Source of the DNA: an uncultured Eubacteriales bacterium
GTDB taxonomy: Bacteria; Bacillota; Clostridia; Oscillospirales; Oscillospiraceae
Assembly (NCBI GenBank): GCA_949283375.1
Contig: CASDSM010000012.1
Span: 44,827-108,826 of the forward strand
DNA length: 64,000 bases
Direction: 5' to 3'
The position numbers were made by a program, and so were the translations under genes. The notes beneath the pieces were generated by a model. It had not been told where the DNA came from. It saw only the letters and a program-made list of their open reading frames with translations, and made no database searches. The first letter of the stretch is position 1; the number at the start of each line of letters is the position of its first letter. Below are positions 8,524 to 18,541 of the stretch, piece after piece.

Positions 8524-9806
8524 TTCAGATCGTAACGGCGGACGGCGTATCGGAACAGCGCCTGATTGCCGCCCTCAAGGCCCGCGCCGCCGCGGCGAAT
8601 GAGGAGATCTCCAAGACCGCGGCCGCCATTTTGGCTGATGTGCGCGCGCGCGGCTATGAGGCGGTGCGGGAGTACTCCCTGCGCTTTGACCGTGCTGAGC
8701 CGCGCGAGATCGGCCCGGAGGAGCTGGAGGCGGCCCGCGCGGCCTGCGCCCCCGAGCTGATCGCCGCGATGGAGCACGCCGCGGCGAATATCCGCGACTA
8801 CAACGAGAAGCTGCTCACCCACAGCCGCGAGTGGACTTCACCGGACGGCGGACGGGTGGGGCGCATCGTCCGCGCCCTCGACCGGGTAGGCGTCTACGTC
8901 CCCGGCGGCACGGCGGCCTACCCCAGCAGCGTGCTGATGAACGCGGTGCCCGCCAAGGTGGCCGGCGTCCGCGAGGTGGTGATGGTCACCCCGCCGACGG
9001 AGAATCTGAACGCCGCCGTCCTCGCCGCGGCGCAGATCGCCGGGGTGGACCGGGTGATCGCGGTGGGCGGCGCGCAGGCGGTGGCCGCCCTGACCTACGG
9101 GGCGGGCTTCATCCCCCAGGTGGACAAGCTGGTGGGGCCGGGCAACGCCTTCGTCGCCGCCGCCAAGCGCCTGGCCTATGGCACGCTGGACATCGACATG
9201 GTGGCCGGCCCCTCTGAGGTGCTGGTGATCGCCGACGACAGCGCCGACCCGAAGTTCGTCGCCGCCGACCTGCTCAGCCAGGCTGAACACGACCGGCTCG
9301 CCTCCCCCTGGCTGCTCACCGACTCGATGGCGCTGGCCGAGGCGGTGGACCGGGAGATGGAGCGCCAGACGGCCTACCTCTCCCGCAGCGAGATCATGGA
9401 GGCCTCCGTGCGCGACTACGGCGCGGCCATCGTCTGCCGCGACCTCGCCGCCTGCGTCGCGCTGGCCAACCTCGTCGCGCCGGAGCACCTGGAGATCGTC
9501 ACCCGCGCCCCGCGCGACCTGCTCGGCGGCATCTGCAATGCCGGCGCGGTCTTCCTCGGCGCATGGTCGCCCGAGCCGCTCGGGGACTACCTCGCAGGGC
9601 CGGACCACGTCCTGCCCACCAGCGGCACGGCCCGCTTCTTCTCCCCGCTGAGCGTGGAGGCCTTTTTGAAGAGTATGTCGGTGATCGAGTTTGACCGCGA
9701 GAGCCTCGCCGGGCTGCGGGAGGAGATCATCACCTTTGCCCGCGCGGAGCATCTGACTGCGCACGCGAACTCCATCGCCGTCCGGTTTGAGGATCGAGGT
9801 GAATAG
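8520..9806 (+). CDS. hisD: Histidinol dehydrogenase
   Basis: GVYVPGGTAAYPSS, GPGNAFVA.AK, IDMVAGPSE, QAEHD, APEHLE, GDYLAGPDHVLPT. Confidence 0.97.
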   Translation: MIQIVTADGVSEQRLIAALKARAAAANEEISKTAAAILADVRARGYEAVREYSLRFDRAEPREIGPEELEAARAACAPELIAAMEHAAANIRDYNEKLLTHSREWTSPDGGRVGRIVRALDRVGVYVPGGTAAYPSSVLMNAVPAKVAGVREVVMVTPPTENLNAAVLAAAQIAGVDRVIAVGGAQAVAALTYGAGFIPQVDKLVGPGNAFVAAAKRLAYGTLDIDMVAGPSEVLVIADDSADPKFVAADLLSQAEHDRLASPWLLTDSMALAEAVDREMERQTAYLSRSEIMEASVRDYGAAIVCRDLAACVALANLVAPEHLEIVTRAPRDLLGGICNAGAVFLGAWSPEPLGDYLAGPDHVLPTSGTARFFSPLSVEAFLKSMSVIEFDRESLAGLREEIITFARAEHLTAHANSIAVRFEDRGE

Positions 9807-9807
9807 G

Positions 9808-10386
9808 ATGGCGAGAACGGCAAAGCTGGAACGAAATACCAAGGAGACGCAGGTCGCCGTCTCGGTTAATCTGGACGGCGGCCCGGTCGCGGTCTCCACC
9901 GGCATCGGATTTTTTGACCATATGCTCACCGCCTTTGGCTTTTACGCCAAAATCGGCCTGGAAATCGCGGTTCACGGCGACCTGGAGGTGGACGGGCACC
10001 ACACGGTGGAGGACACCGGGATTGTCCTCGGCCAGGCGGTCCGCGCCGCCCTGGGTGACCGGGCGGGTATCCGGCGCTATGCCTCCTGCTACATCCCGAT
10101 GGACGAGGCGCTGGCCTTTACGGCGCTGGATTTCTCCAACCGGCCTTACCTTGTCTTTGACGCGCCGATGCCCCAGCCGATGATCGGGCAGTACGACAGC
10201 TGTCTGACGGTGGAGTTTATGCGCGCGTTTGCCCACAACGCCGGGCTGACGCTGCATCAGCGCTGCCTCTACGGTGAGAACGCGCACCACATCACCGAGG
10301 CCCTCTTCAAGAGCCTCGGCATGGCCCTGCGCGACGCGGTGCGCGTGGAGGGCGGCGGCGTCACCTCCACCAAGGGCGTCCTGTGA
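9808..10386 (+). CDS. hisB: Imidazoleglycerol-phosphate dehydratase
   Basis: RNTKETQ, TGIGFFDHML, D.HHTVED.GI, PMDEAL, N.HHI.EA.FK. Confidence 0.97.
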   Translation: MARTAKLERNTKETQVAVSVNLDGGPVAVSTGIGFFDHMLTAFGFYAKIGLEIAVHGDLEVDGHHTVEDTGIVLGQAVRAALGDRAGIRRYASCYIPMDEALAFTALDFSNRPYLVFDAPMPQPMIGQYDSCLTVEFMRAFAHNAGLTLHQRCLYGENAHHITEALFKSLGMALRDAVRVEGGGVTSTKGVL

Positions 10387-10402
10387 GAGAGGGGGAGCGG
10401 TT

Positions 10403-11011
10403 ATGGGATATACAGCCATCGTTGACTACGGCGTGGGCAACCTGATGAGCGTACGCAACGCGATGGGCTACCTCGGCTTTGAGACCAGAATCACCGACGA
10501 GGCCGCCGTCTTTGAGCGGGCGGACGCCATCATCCTCCCCGGCGTCGGGGCCTTCCCGGACGCGTGGGAGAAGCTCTCCCGCCCCGGACTGGACGCGATT
10601 CTGCGCCGCGAGGCGGAGCGCAAACCTATCCTCGGCATCTGCCTGGGGATGCAGCTTCTCTTTGAGCGCGGGCTGGAGGTGCGCCCCTGTGAGGGGTTGG
10701 GCCTGATCGGCGGCACGGTGGAGCGGATCGAGACCAACCTGAAGCTCCCGCACATCGGCTGGAACAGCCTGCATTTTCCCCGCGCCTGCCCGCTCTTTGA
10801 CGGGCTGGACGAGGGGGTCTATGTCTACTTTGTCCACTCCTTCTGCGGCCGTGCGTCCCGGGAGGAGGAGGTGACCGCCCTCACCGACTACGGTGTCCCC
10901 GTCGTGGCCGCCGTGCAGAACGGCAACGTCTACGGTACCCAGTTCCACCCGGAGAAGTCCGGCGAGGTGGGATTGGAGATGCTGCGCAACTTTGGGAGGC
11001 TGAACCGATGA
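10403..11011 (+). CDS. hisH: Imidazole glycerol phosphate synthase glutaminase subunit
   Basis: IVDYGVGNL, LPGVGAF, GICLGMQ, PHIGWN, YFVHS, QFHPEKS. Confidence 0.97.
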   Translation: MGYTAIVDYGVGNLMSVRNAMGYLGFETRITDEAAVFERADAIILPGVGAFPDAWEKLSRPGLDAILRREAERKPILGICLGMQLLFERGLEVRPCEGLGLIGGTVERIETNLKLPHIGWNSLHFPRACPLFDGLDEGVYVYFVHSFCGRASREEEVTALTDYGVPVVAAVQNGNVYGTQFHPEKSGEVGLEMLRNFGRLNR

Positions 11012-11745
11012 TTCTCTTGCCTGCAATTGACCTGAAGGACGGGCGGGTCGTCCGCCTGCGACGCGGCGAATTTGACACGGTCCATCAGGTTGCCGACAGC
11101 CCGCTGGAGACGGCGCGCGCCTTCTACGCCGCCGGGGCGCGCTACCTGCACGTGGTGGACCTGGACGGTGCGAAGAGCGGCGTGCGGAAAAATGCCGCAA
11201 TTGTGGAGGAGCTGGCGCGCTCGTCCGGCCTGCATGTCGAGCTGGGCGGCGGCATCCGCTCCATGGCCGACCTGGAGGCGGCGGACCGGATGGGAGTCTG
11301 GCGGATGGTGATCGGTTCGGCCGCCGTTGCCCGGCCCGAGCTGGTGCGCGAGGCGGCGGCGCGCTACGGCGCACGCATCGCCGTGGGCATCGACGCGCGG
11401 GACGGCCGGGTGCGTACTGCCGGCTGGACGGAGGACTCCGGCCTGGATTACCTCGACTTTGCCCGCCAGATGGCGGAAATTGGTGTAAAGGTCATTATCT
11501 TTACCGATATCGACACCGACGGCCTGCTGACCGGCCCGTCCTACGACCGTCTCGCGGCGCTGCAGGCGGCGGCGCCGGGGTGCCGCCTCGTCGCCTCGGG
11601 CGGCGTGTGCTCGAACGAAGATCTGAACCGCCTGCGCGGGATGGGCCTGGACGGGGCCATCATCGGCAAGGCGTACTACACCGGCGCGGTGGACCTGGCC
11701 CGCGCCGTCCGGGAGGGGGGAGTGCAATGCTGGCCAAACGAGTGA
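11008..11745 (+). CDS. hisA: ProFAR isomerase
   Basis: [31 protein letters not shown]...G, ASGG. Confidence 0.95.
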   Translation: MILLPAIDLKDGRVVRLRRGEFDTVHQVADSPLETARAFYAAGARYLHVVDLDGAKSGVRKNAAIVEELARSSGLHVELGGGIRSMADLEAADRMGVWRMVIGSAAVARPELVREAAARYGARIAVGIDARDGRVRTAGWTEDSGLDYLDFARQMAEIGVKVIIFTDIDTDGLLTGPSYDRLAALQAAAPGCRLVASGGVCSNEDLNRLRGMGLDGAIIGKAYYTGAVDLARAVREGGVQCWPNE

Positions 11746-12506
11746 TCCCCTGCCTGGACGTGCGCGATGGCCGCGTGGTCAAGGGGGTCAATTTCGTCAA
11801 CATCCGAGACGCCGGCGACCCGGTAGAACTGGCGAAGTATTACTCCGACCAGGGCGCGGATGAGATCGTCTTCCTCGACATCGCCGCCACCCACGAGGCG
11901 CGTAAGACGGTGGCGGACGTGGTCGCGCGCACGGCGGCCCAGGTCTTCGTCCCGCTGACGGTGGGCGGCGGCATCCGCACGCTGGAGGACTTCCAGACCC
12001 TCCTGCGCGCGGGGGCGGACAAGATCTCCGTCAACTCTGCCGCCGTGAAGGACCCGAGCCTGATCTCCCGCGCGGCGGAGCGCTTCGGCAGCCAGTGCGT
12101 CGTGCTGGCGGTGGACGCCCGGAAGCGCCCGGAGGGCGGCTATGAAGTGGTGGTCGCCGGGGGACGCATCCCCACCGGCAGGGACCTGATCGAGTGGGTG
12201 AAGGAGGGAGAGCGCCTCGGGGCAGGGGAGATCCTTCTCACCTCGATGGACGCCGACGGGACTAAGGCCGGCTTCGATCTGGAGATGACCCGCGCGGTGA
12301 CGGCGGCGGTCTCCATCCCGGTGATCGCCTCCGGCGGCTGCGGGAGCCTCACGCACTTTGCGGAGGTCTTCGAGGAGACCGGCTGCGATGCGGCCCTCGC
12401 CGCCTCCCTCTTCCACTTCGGCGAGTTGACTGTCCCGCAGGTGAAGGACTATCTGCGCGCACGCGGTATCCCGGTGCGCCAGGAGAGGGGGAGCGCCCAT
12501 GTTTGA
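11727..12506 (+). CDS. hisF: Imidazole glycerol phosphate synthase cyclase subunit
   Basis: [53 protein letters not shown]. Confidence 0.97.
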   Translation: MLAKRVIPCLDVRDGRVVKGVNFVNIRDAGDPVELAKYYSDQGADEIVFLDIAATHEARKTVADVVARTAAQVFVPLTVGGGIRTLEDFQTLLRAGADKISVNSAAVKDPSLISRAAERFGSQCVVLAVDARKRPEGGYEVVVAGGRIPTGRDLIEWVKEGERLGAGEILLTSMDADGTKAGFDLEMTRAVTAAVSIPVIASGGCGSLTHFAEVFEETGCDAALAASLFHFGELTVPQVKDYLRARGIPVRQERGSAHV

Positions 12507-12837
12507 CCTGGACCGTCTGTTTCAGAAGTCCGACCTGATCCCGGTCATCGTGCAGGACCGGGCGGACGGGGTGGTGCTCATGCTCGGCTTCACCGACCGC
12601 GAGGCGGTGGAGTTGACGCTCGCGACAAAGACCGCCTGGTTCTGGTCGCGCAGCCGCCAGAAGCTCTGGAATAAGGGGGAGAGCTCCGGCCACTTCCTCT
12701 ATGTGCGCAAAATGTTGACCGACTGCGACACCGACACCCTGCTCTACCTCTGCGACCCGGTGGGGCCGACCTGCCACACCGGCGCGCGGAGCTGCTTTTT
12801 CAACACGATTTGGGAGGAGGATTCCAATGCCGAATGA
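12499..12837 (+). CDS. hisI: Phosphoribosyl-AMP cyclohydrolase
   Basis: [39 protein letters not shown]. Confidence 0.95.
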   Translation: MFDLDRLFQKSDLIPVIVQDRADGVVLMLGFTDREAVELTLATKTAWFWSRSRQKLWNKGESSGHFLYVRKMLTDCDTDTLLYLCDPVGPTCHTGARSCFFNTIWEEDSNAE

Positions 12838-13159
12838 CAGTGTGCTGACCGGGCTCTATCAGGTGGTCCTCGACCGCAGGCGCTGCCCGAGCGAGAACTC
12901 CTACACCTGCTACCTCTTTGACAAGGGGTTGGACAAGATCCTCAAGAAGGTGGGGGAGGAGTGCGCCGAGACCATCATCGCCGCCAAGAACGGCAGCCAG
13001 CCGGAGACGGTGGGGGAGATCTCCGACCTGCTCTATCACCTGATGGTCCTGATGGTCAACGAGGGCATCCCCCTCGAGGCGGTGCTGGAGGAGCTGGACC
13101 GCCGCAGCCGGAAGATCGGCAACCTCAAGACCTTCCATCAGAGCGACCACAACACATAA
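12827..13159 (+). CDS. hisE: Phosphoribosyl-ATP pyrophosphatase
   Basis: SYT..LF.KG..KILKKVGEE..E...A, E..DLLYHL. Confidence 0.95.
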   Translation: MPNDSVLTGLYQVVLDRRRCPSENSYTCYLFDKGLDKILKKVGEECAETIIAAKNGSQPETVGEISDLLYHLMVLMVNEGIPLEAVLEELDRRSRKIGNLKTFHQSDHNT

Positions 13160-13175
13160 GCGTAAGCTGAACTGC

Positions 13176-13224
13176 AAACAGCCCGGACAGAGGGGAGATT
13201 TCCCTCTCTGTCCGGGCTGTTTTT
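13176..13224 (+). terminator. Intrinsic terminator after his operon (probably bidirectional)
   Basis: AAACAGCCCGGACAGAG...CTCTGTCCGGGCTGTTTTT. Confidence 0.85.
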
Positions 13225-13290
13225 GTTGTCTGGTGCCAATGCGGTATCACAGCGACCGCCTCAGCTCATAGGGGGGCGTGCGGTCGTCTC

Positions 13291-13989
13291 TCATTGCTCC
13301 AAGCCATCCAGCCAGGCCTGCAGCTCATCTTCGGAGACGCCGGCGGCAAACCGCGTCCCCTCCAGCCAGATCCCCTCTCCCGACAGCGCCGCGAGGTCCT
13401 CTGCGCTCGACCCGACGCCGCTGCTGGCGGAGGTGCAGAAGGGGATGACGGTGAGGCCGTCCAGACGGTACGACTCCACAAAGGTGCTCAGGATGCGCGG
13501 GGCCTCGCCGTGCCAGATGGGATAGCCGAGATAGAGGGTGGTATAGCCCTCCAGCGAGAGGTCCTCCCCGCCGAGGGCGGGCCGGGCGTCCGGGTCATCC
13601 ATCTCCAGAGAGGTGCGGCTCTCGCTGTCCCGGTAGTCCAGGTCATCCTCGGTGTACGGCTCGGCGGGGACGATCTCATAGAGGTCGCCGCCGGTGAGCT
13701 GGGCGATCTGCCCGGCGACCGCCGCCGTGTTGCCGGTCGCGGAGAAGTAGGCGACCAGGACGGCTGCATCTGTCTCCGCCCCGCTGTCTTCCTCCGTCTC
13801 CGGCCCGGGCTCATCCGCCGTTTCCGTCTCTGGTGCAGTCTCGTCCGACTCTGCTTCCTGCGCCGCTCCGGTCTCCAGTGTACCGGCGTCTTCCTGCGCG
13901 GCACCCTCCCCCTCAGGGGCGGCGGTGCAGGCGCAGAGGCCGGACAGCAGGCAGAGGGCGGCCAGCAGAGCAAAAATTCGGTTTCTCAT
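13291..13989 (-). CDS. Lipoprotein with acidic linker and flavodoxin domain
   Basis: MRNRIF-hydrophobic stretch-LCAC lipobox; AYFSATGNT, GYPIWHG, FCTSASSG flavodoxin motifs. Confidence 0.82.
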   Translation of the reverse strand: MRNRIFALLAALCLLSGLCACTAAPEGEGAAQEDAGTLETGAAQEAESDETAPETETADEPGPETEEDSGAETDAAVLVAYFSATGNTAAVAGQIAQLTGGDLYEIVPAEPYTEDDLDYRDSESRTSLEMDDPDARPALGGEDLSLEGYTTLYLGYPIWHGEAPRILSTFVESYRLDGLTVIPFCTSASSGVGSSAEDLAALSGEGIWLEGTRFAAGVSEDELQAWLDGLEQ

Positions 13990-14639
13990 TCCGTCTCTCC
14001 TCTCTCTCCACACGCATAGGAGCGCAGCAGTTTGACCACAAAGGTCCTTGTCAGCTCATAGATCGAGGTGCGGACATAGGCCACCCCGGCCAACTCCATC
14101 GCCTCACGCTGTTTATCGGTGGGGACCGCGTAGGGATACACCCCGAAGAGGAAGGGGAAGAAGGCGTAGATGAACGCCTGTACCTCCTCCTGCGTCAGCG
14201 CGGGGAAAAAGCGCTCCAGACAGCGGATGACCCCCGCGACCGCCGCGGCGTAGGTCCGCTTGAAGGAGACCAGATTTTCCATCCGGCTGTTGCCCTCCAT
14301 GTCGTAGAGGTTCATCGACTCCAGCTTGAGCATGCACTCGCGCGCCTGGAGGGTGGCGGCCAGCCGGCCGGCGAAGTCCTCTGCCGTCAGCGGCCCCGCC
14401 TCGCGCGCCAGCGTCTCCAGGCTGGCGATCCACGCCTCGTGCTCCCGCTGAAGCAGGGCGAGAAAGATCTCCTCCTTGGTCTGAAAGTAGTTGTAGATGG
14501 AGGTGCGGGTGAAGGAGGTCTTCGCCCCGATGTCGCGCAGGGTGATCTCCTTGAACCCCATCGTCTCATAGAGTGCGGCGCAGGCGTTGACGATCTCCTC
14601 CCGCCTGGCGCTCGTCAGCGCCTCAGAACCCTTCGGCAT
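13986..14639 (-). CDS. TetR-family regulator
   Basis: RREEI..AC..LY...GF...TL.DIG......RTSIYNYF.TKEE HTH. Confidence 0.92.
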   Translation of the reverse strand: MPKGSEALTSARREEIVNACAALYETMGFKEITLRDIGAKTSFTRTSIYNYFQTKEEIFLALLQREHEAWIASLETLAREAGPLTAEDFAGRLAATLQARECMLKLESMNLYDMEGNSRMENLVSFKRTYAAAVAGVIRCLERFFPALTQEEVQAFIYAFFPFLFGVYPYAVPTDKQREAMELAGVAYVRTSIYELTRTFVVKLLRSYACGERGETE

Positions 14640-14646
14640 GGCCGCC

Positions 14647-15114
14647 TCACTTGCCGAGAACGGACTTCGCCCAGGCCGCTGCGCCGCTGTTGACCAGCTT
14701 GCCCGGCTTCCAGTCCGCCTTCGGGCAGAGGGCGCGCATGCTGCGCTCCGCCCCGGAGATGCCGCTGCCGCCCGAGGTGGCGAAGGGGATCAGCATCTTG
14801 CCGGAGAAGTCGCAGGACTCCAGGAAGGTGTCCACAATGCGCGGCTCCACATACCACCAGACGGGGAAGCCGACAAAGACGGTGTCATACTGTCCCATGT
14901 CCTCCACCGGCGCGGCGATGGCGGGGCGGCAGGCGGGGTCGTTCATCTCGAGGGTGCTGCGGCTGCCCTTGTCCATCCAGTTCAGGTCGGCGGAGGTGTA
15001 GGGCTGTGCGGGGCGGATCTCATACAGGTCCGCCCCGATGGCGGCGGCCATCTCCCGGGCTGCACGGGCGGTCACGCCGCTGGCGGAAAAATAGGCGATC
15101 AGGGTCTTGCTCAT
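14647..15114 (-). CDS. Cytoplasmic flavodoxin
   Basis: IAYFSASGVT, GFPVWWY, FATSGGSG. Confidence 0.9.
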   Translation of the reverse strand: MSKTLIAYFSASGVTARAAREMAAAIGADLYEIRPAQPYTSADLNWMDKGSRSTLEMNDPACRPAIAAPVEDMGQYDTVFVGFPVWWYVEPRIVDTFLESCDFSGKMLIPFATSGGSGISGAERSMRALCPKADWKPGKLVNSGAAAWAKSVLGK

Positions 15115-15115
15115 G

Positions 15116-16285
15116 TCACATGCTCTCCTTCAAAATTGAAATGATCTCGTCCCGGGTGAGTACCTTGTAGCCGCCGGGCAGGACGATGGTGCCGTCGGCG
15201 ATGCCGTTGATCATCTCCTCCGTCGCGCCCAGTTCGGAGAGGCGCATGACCAGCCCGAGCTCGCGCATCCAGCGCTCCATTGCCTCCAGACCCTCCAGGG
15301 CGATCTGCTCGTCCGTCTTGCCTGCCGGGTCCACATCCCAGACATTCACTGCAAAGCGCTTGAACTTGTCGCGCCCATAGGGGAGGAGAAAGCGGTAGTA
15401 GGGGAGGGAGACCGCCGAGAGGGTCATGCCGTGGGTGGCGTCGGTATACGCGCCCACCGACTGGCCGAGCATGTGCACCATCCAGTCCGTGCTCTTGCCG
15501 CGGGAGACCAGAGTGTTGAGCGCCCAGGTGGCAGCCCACATCAGGTTGCTGCGGGCCTCATAATTCTGCATGTCGGCGTTCGCGATCCGGCTGGCGTGGA
15601 GGACGGAGCGCATCAGCCCCTCGCTGAGATAGTCGCTGACGTTGTCGTCCGTGCCGGAGAAGTACTGCTCGCAGATGTGGTTGAAGATGTCGTAGATCCC
15701 GGCCACCATCTGATAGCGCGGCAGGGTCAGGGTGTAGCGGGGATTCAGGATGGAGAATCTCGGCATGATCTTCTCATCGGCGAAGACGTGCCCGATCTTC
15801 TGGTGGGTATGGGGGTTGGTGATGACAGCGCCCGCGTTCATCTCCGAGCCGGTGCCCACCATCGTCAGCACGCAGCCGACCGGAAGCGTCTCGCACTCCG
15901 GCTCCTCGAAGCGGAGATAGTATTTCTCCCACGGGTCCTCATCACAGTGGACGGAGACGGAGACCGCCTTGGCGTAGTCGCAGACCGAGCCGCCGCCCAC
16001 CGCGAGCAGGAGAGCGGCGTGGTGCGCGCGGGCGATCGCGACGCCCTCATAGAGCTTGTCCACCGTCGGGTTGGGCATGACGCCGGCGATCTCCGCCACG
16101 TCCTTGCCGCACTCGGCGAGGATGCGGACCACCTCGTCATAGATGCCGTTGCGCTTGATGGAGCCGCCGCCATAGATCAGCACGACGTTGCTGCCGTATT
16201 TGGCCAGCTCGGTGTTCAGTGCGTCAAGGGCGTGTTCCCCAAAATAGAGCTTGGTCGGATTGCAATAGGAAAAATTACCCAGCAT
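15116..16285 (-). CDS. Iron-containing NAD(P)H-dependent alcohol/butanol dehydrogenase
   Basis: F.Y.NPTKLYFG, YGGGSIK, NP, GGGS..D..K, TGSE, D.F.H..E, H...GQ..G....HG; RBS AAGGAGG before ATG 16285. Confidence 0.9.
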   Translation of the reverse strand: MLGNFSYCNPTKLYFGEHALDALNTELAKYGSNVVLIYGGGSIKRNGIYDEVVRILAECGKDVAEIAGVMPNPTVDKLYEGVAIARAHHAALLLAVGGGSVCDYAKAVSVSVHCDEDPWEKYYLRFEEPECETLPVGCVLTMVGTGSEMNAGAVITNPHTHQKIGHVFADEKIMPRFSILNPRYTLTLPRYQMVAGIYDIFNHICEQYFSGTDDNVSDYLSEGLMRSVLHASRIANADMQNYEARSNLMWAATWALNTLVSRGKSTDWMVHMLGQSVGAYTDATHGMTLSAVSLPYYRFLLPYGRDKFKRFAVNVWDVDPAGKTDEQIALEGLEAMERWMRELGLVMRLSELGATEEMINGIADGTIVLPGGYKVLTRDEIISILKESM

Positions 16286-16334
16286 GGAAAGGTCCTCCTT
16301 CATCTGCGTGCCACCGGACGGGGCGGACGCCTTT

Positions 16335-16386
16335 TGCTGACAGTGTGTCAGCACCTGTAGGATAGCACTATTCTGACACAGTGTCA
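16335..16386. promoter_or_regulatory. Two TGACA-N3-TGTCA palindromic operators
   Basis: TGCTGACAgtgTGTCAGCA at 16335-16353 and TGACACaGTGTCA at 16374-16386. Confidence 0.7.
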
Positions 16387-16387
16387 A
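16359..16387 (-). promoter_or_regulatory. sigmaA promoter of adh-flavodoxin-tetR operon
   Basis: minus strand TTGACA-17 nt-TATCCT with TG extended -10. Confidence 0.7.
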
Positions 16388-16516
16388 TATCCTTTTCAGA
16401 AAAAATCCCCCACCCCATGCGGCGGGGCGGGGGAGGGGGGCTTGGCGGGAGAAAGCGGCGCTGTGCCGCCGCTGCGGGACGGTACAGATGGAAAAAGACT
16501 GTAAAGCACTTGACAT

Positions 16517-17257
16517 TTACAGGACAGAGAGATACCGCTGCGCGGCAAAGCCCATCAGCTCTCCGAACGAGACGACATACCAGTCCTGCACCTGATTCCA
16601 GACGGTGAGGGTGGCCCCTGCATATGCCTGCGCGAGTATACGGCTGCATACCGATGGATATTCACGAATATTCAGTGCGCCAAAATGAATATTCACGACA
16701 CCCTGTCGGGGTGCCTGCGGCTCTGGGGAGGGGAGTCCGAAATAGGCCGCGACCGCCCGGCTGACGGCTTGTGCAATTTGCACAACGTTCTCCTGGATCC
16801 AGCGCGCGTCCTCCGGGTTGTCGTGATAGGCGAATTCGACCAGCACGGCTGGGGCGCGCGTCCGGACCACCTCGCCGAGTGTGGTGGTGGGGAGAGCGCT
16901 CACTTGCTCCGGGAGAGGATAGATCTCCCGCAGCCCTGCGGCGATCAGCTCTGCCGCCGTCCGGCTGTAGTGGGAGGCGGGGTCGTAGTACACCTCACTG
17001 CCCCGGACTGTCCCGGCGAGCGGCTCGGGCGCGGCGTTGGAGTGCAGGGAGAGGTGGAGGTCCACCTCCTGCGCGTTGGAGTCCAGAATGGAGCTGGCGG
17101 CGGTCATTTCCGGCGTGTTGCGCGCCACGGTGATGCCGCTGGCGCGCAGATAGGGGAGCATCGCGTCTGCGATGCGGTTCATATACTCCTCCTCTGTGCC
17201 GCCGGTGGCGTAGAGGTTGAACTCCTGCGTGGAGGGGGAGAGGTAGAGCAGCGGCAT
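16517..17257 (-). CDS. N-acetylmuramoyl-L-alanine amidase (Amidase_3) with C-terminal SH3b
   Basis: YLSPS.QE, E...M, LSLHSNA, PAVLVE..YHDN; LNIR..P SH3 pattern. Confidence 0.88.
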   Translation of the reverse strand: MPLLYLSPSTQEFNLYATGGTEEEYMNRIADAMLPYLRASGITVARNTPEMTAASSILDSNAQEVDLHLSLHSNAAPEPLAGTVRGSEVYYDPASHYSRTAAELIAAGLREIYPLPEQVSALPTTTLGEVVRTRAPAVLVEFAYHDNPEDARWIQENVVQIAQAVSRAVAAYFGLPSPEPQAPRQGVVNIHFGALNIREYPSVCSRILAQAYAGATLTVWNQVQDWYVVSFGELMGFAAQRYLSVL

Positions 17258-17420
17258 AGACCCGCCTCCTCATCGTGAGATAGCCCAGCTTACGCGCCTG
17301 CCTGGCGAGTTGCGACAGACAGCAAAAATATTTTTTCCTGCCGTGCAGCAATTTGCCCCGCCCGTGCGTATGGAAAGGTAGAAGGAGATCCACCAGAACC
17401 AAACGAAAGGAGCGAGCAAG

Positions 17421-18482
17421 ATGAAACAGACAGACATGAGCGGCAGATGGAGGCGCGTCCTGCCCCTGCTGCTGGCCCTGTTGCTGGCCTTGGCGGCCTG
17501 CGGCGCGGGGAGCGCCGGCAGCGATACCGCCGCAGCGGACACCGTAGGCGCCGGCAGCGAGGAGGCGATGCACAGTGAAAACGGCTCTGATGCCGGCTAC
17601 GGCGTCCTGACGGAGGATGCGGACTATGAGATGGAGACGGCCGAGAGCGCCCCGATGGACGACAACGAGGTTCCCTCCTCCGGTGATGTCAACCAGCAGG
17701 ACGCCGGGATGAAGCTGATCTACACCGCCAACCTGGAGATGGAGGCGCTGGACTTCGACGCCGCGACCGCCGGCCTGAAGGCGCTGGTGGAGGAGTGCGG
17801 CGGCTACTTCGAGTCGAGCAATCTCTACGACTACAGCGCTTCCTACGGCTCCTATGGCGGCGGACGCTCGGCGAACTACACCATCCGCGTCCCGAGCGAG
17901 CAGTACCGCCCCTTCCTCGAGGCAGTCTCCGTTACGGAGAACTGCCATGTGCTCCGCCTGGGGGAGGATATGCAGGACATCGGCACGGAATATTTTGACG
18001 TGGAGACCCGCCTTGCCACCCTGCGCACCAAGATGGAGCGCCTGCAGGAGCTTCTCAGCCAGGCGACCGAGATGGAGTCCATCATCGCCATCGAGAGCGC
18101 CATCAGCGACACGGAGTACGAGATCGAGCTCTACACCAGCACCCTCAACCGCTATGACAGTCTGGTGGACTACGCCACCGTCAACCTCTATCTGGAGGAG
18201 GTCATCGACCTGACGGAGGAGGAGGAGATCACCTTCCTGGCCCGGCTGACGCAGGGCTTCCGGGTTGGCGCCAAGCGCTTCGTGGAGGGCGTACAGGACC
18301 TGGCAGTCTGGGCGGCCTACCACTTCCTCCACCTGATCGTGATCGCCCTGCTCGCAGCGGCGCTCATCCTCCTGATCCGCCGGGGGAGAAGGCGTAAAGC
18401 GGAACGGCTTGCCGGGCGTCCGGACGCGAAAAATCTGAAGAGTAAAAATACTTCACAGGATACAGGCAGTGCGGGAAAATAA
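17421..18482 (+). CDS. DUF4349-family lipoprotein with C-terminal TM helix
   Basis: LAAC lipobox; KLIYTANLEME, TIRVP, DI..EY.D...RL, IE..I...EYEIE, DY.TV.L.L.E. Confidence 0.8.
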   Translation: MKQTDMSGRWRRVLPLLLALLLALAACGAGSAGSDTAAADTVGAGSEEAMHSENGSDAGYGVLTEDADYEMETAESAPMDDNEVPSSGDVNQQDAGMKLIYTANLEMEALDFDAATAGLKALVEECGGYFESSNLYDYSASYGSYGGGRSANYTIRVPSEQYRPFLEAVSVTENCHVLRLGEDMQDIGTEYFDVETRLATLRTKMERLQELLSQATEMESIIAIESAISDTEYEIELYTSTLNRYDSLVDYATVNLYLEEVIDLTEEEEITFLARLTQGFRVGAKRFVEGVQDLAVWAAYHFLHLIVIALLAAALILLIRRGRRRKAERLAGRPDAKNLKSKNTSQDTGSAGK

Positions 18483-18541
18483 AATGATTTTTCAACAGGA
18501 AAGGCCAGCCGGTCCGCCGGCTGGCCGAAAGGAGGATTTCA

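Noticed and set aside
17340-17375. ECF-sigma promoter (GCAAT...CGTA) before the DUF4349 gene
   Set aside because: Spacing does not fit a consensus cleanly.
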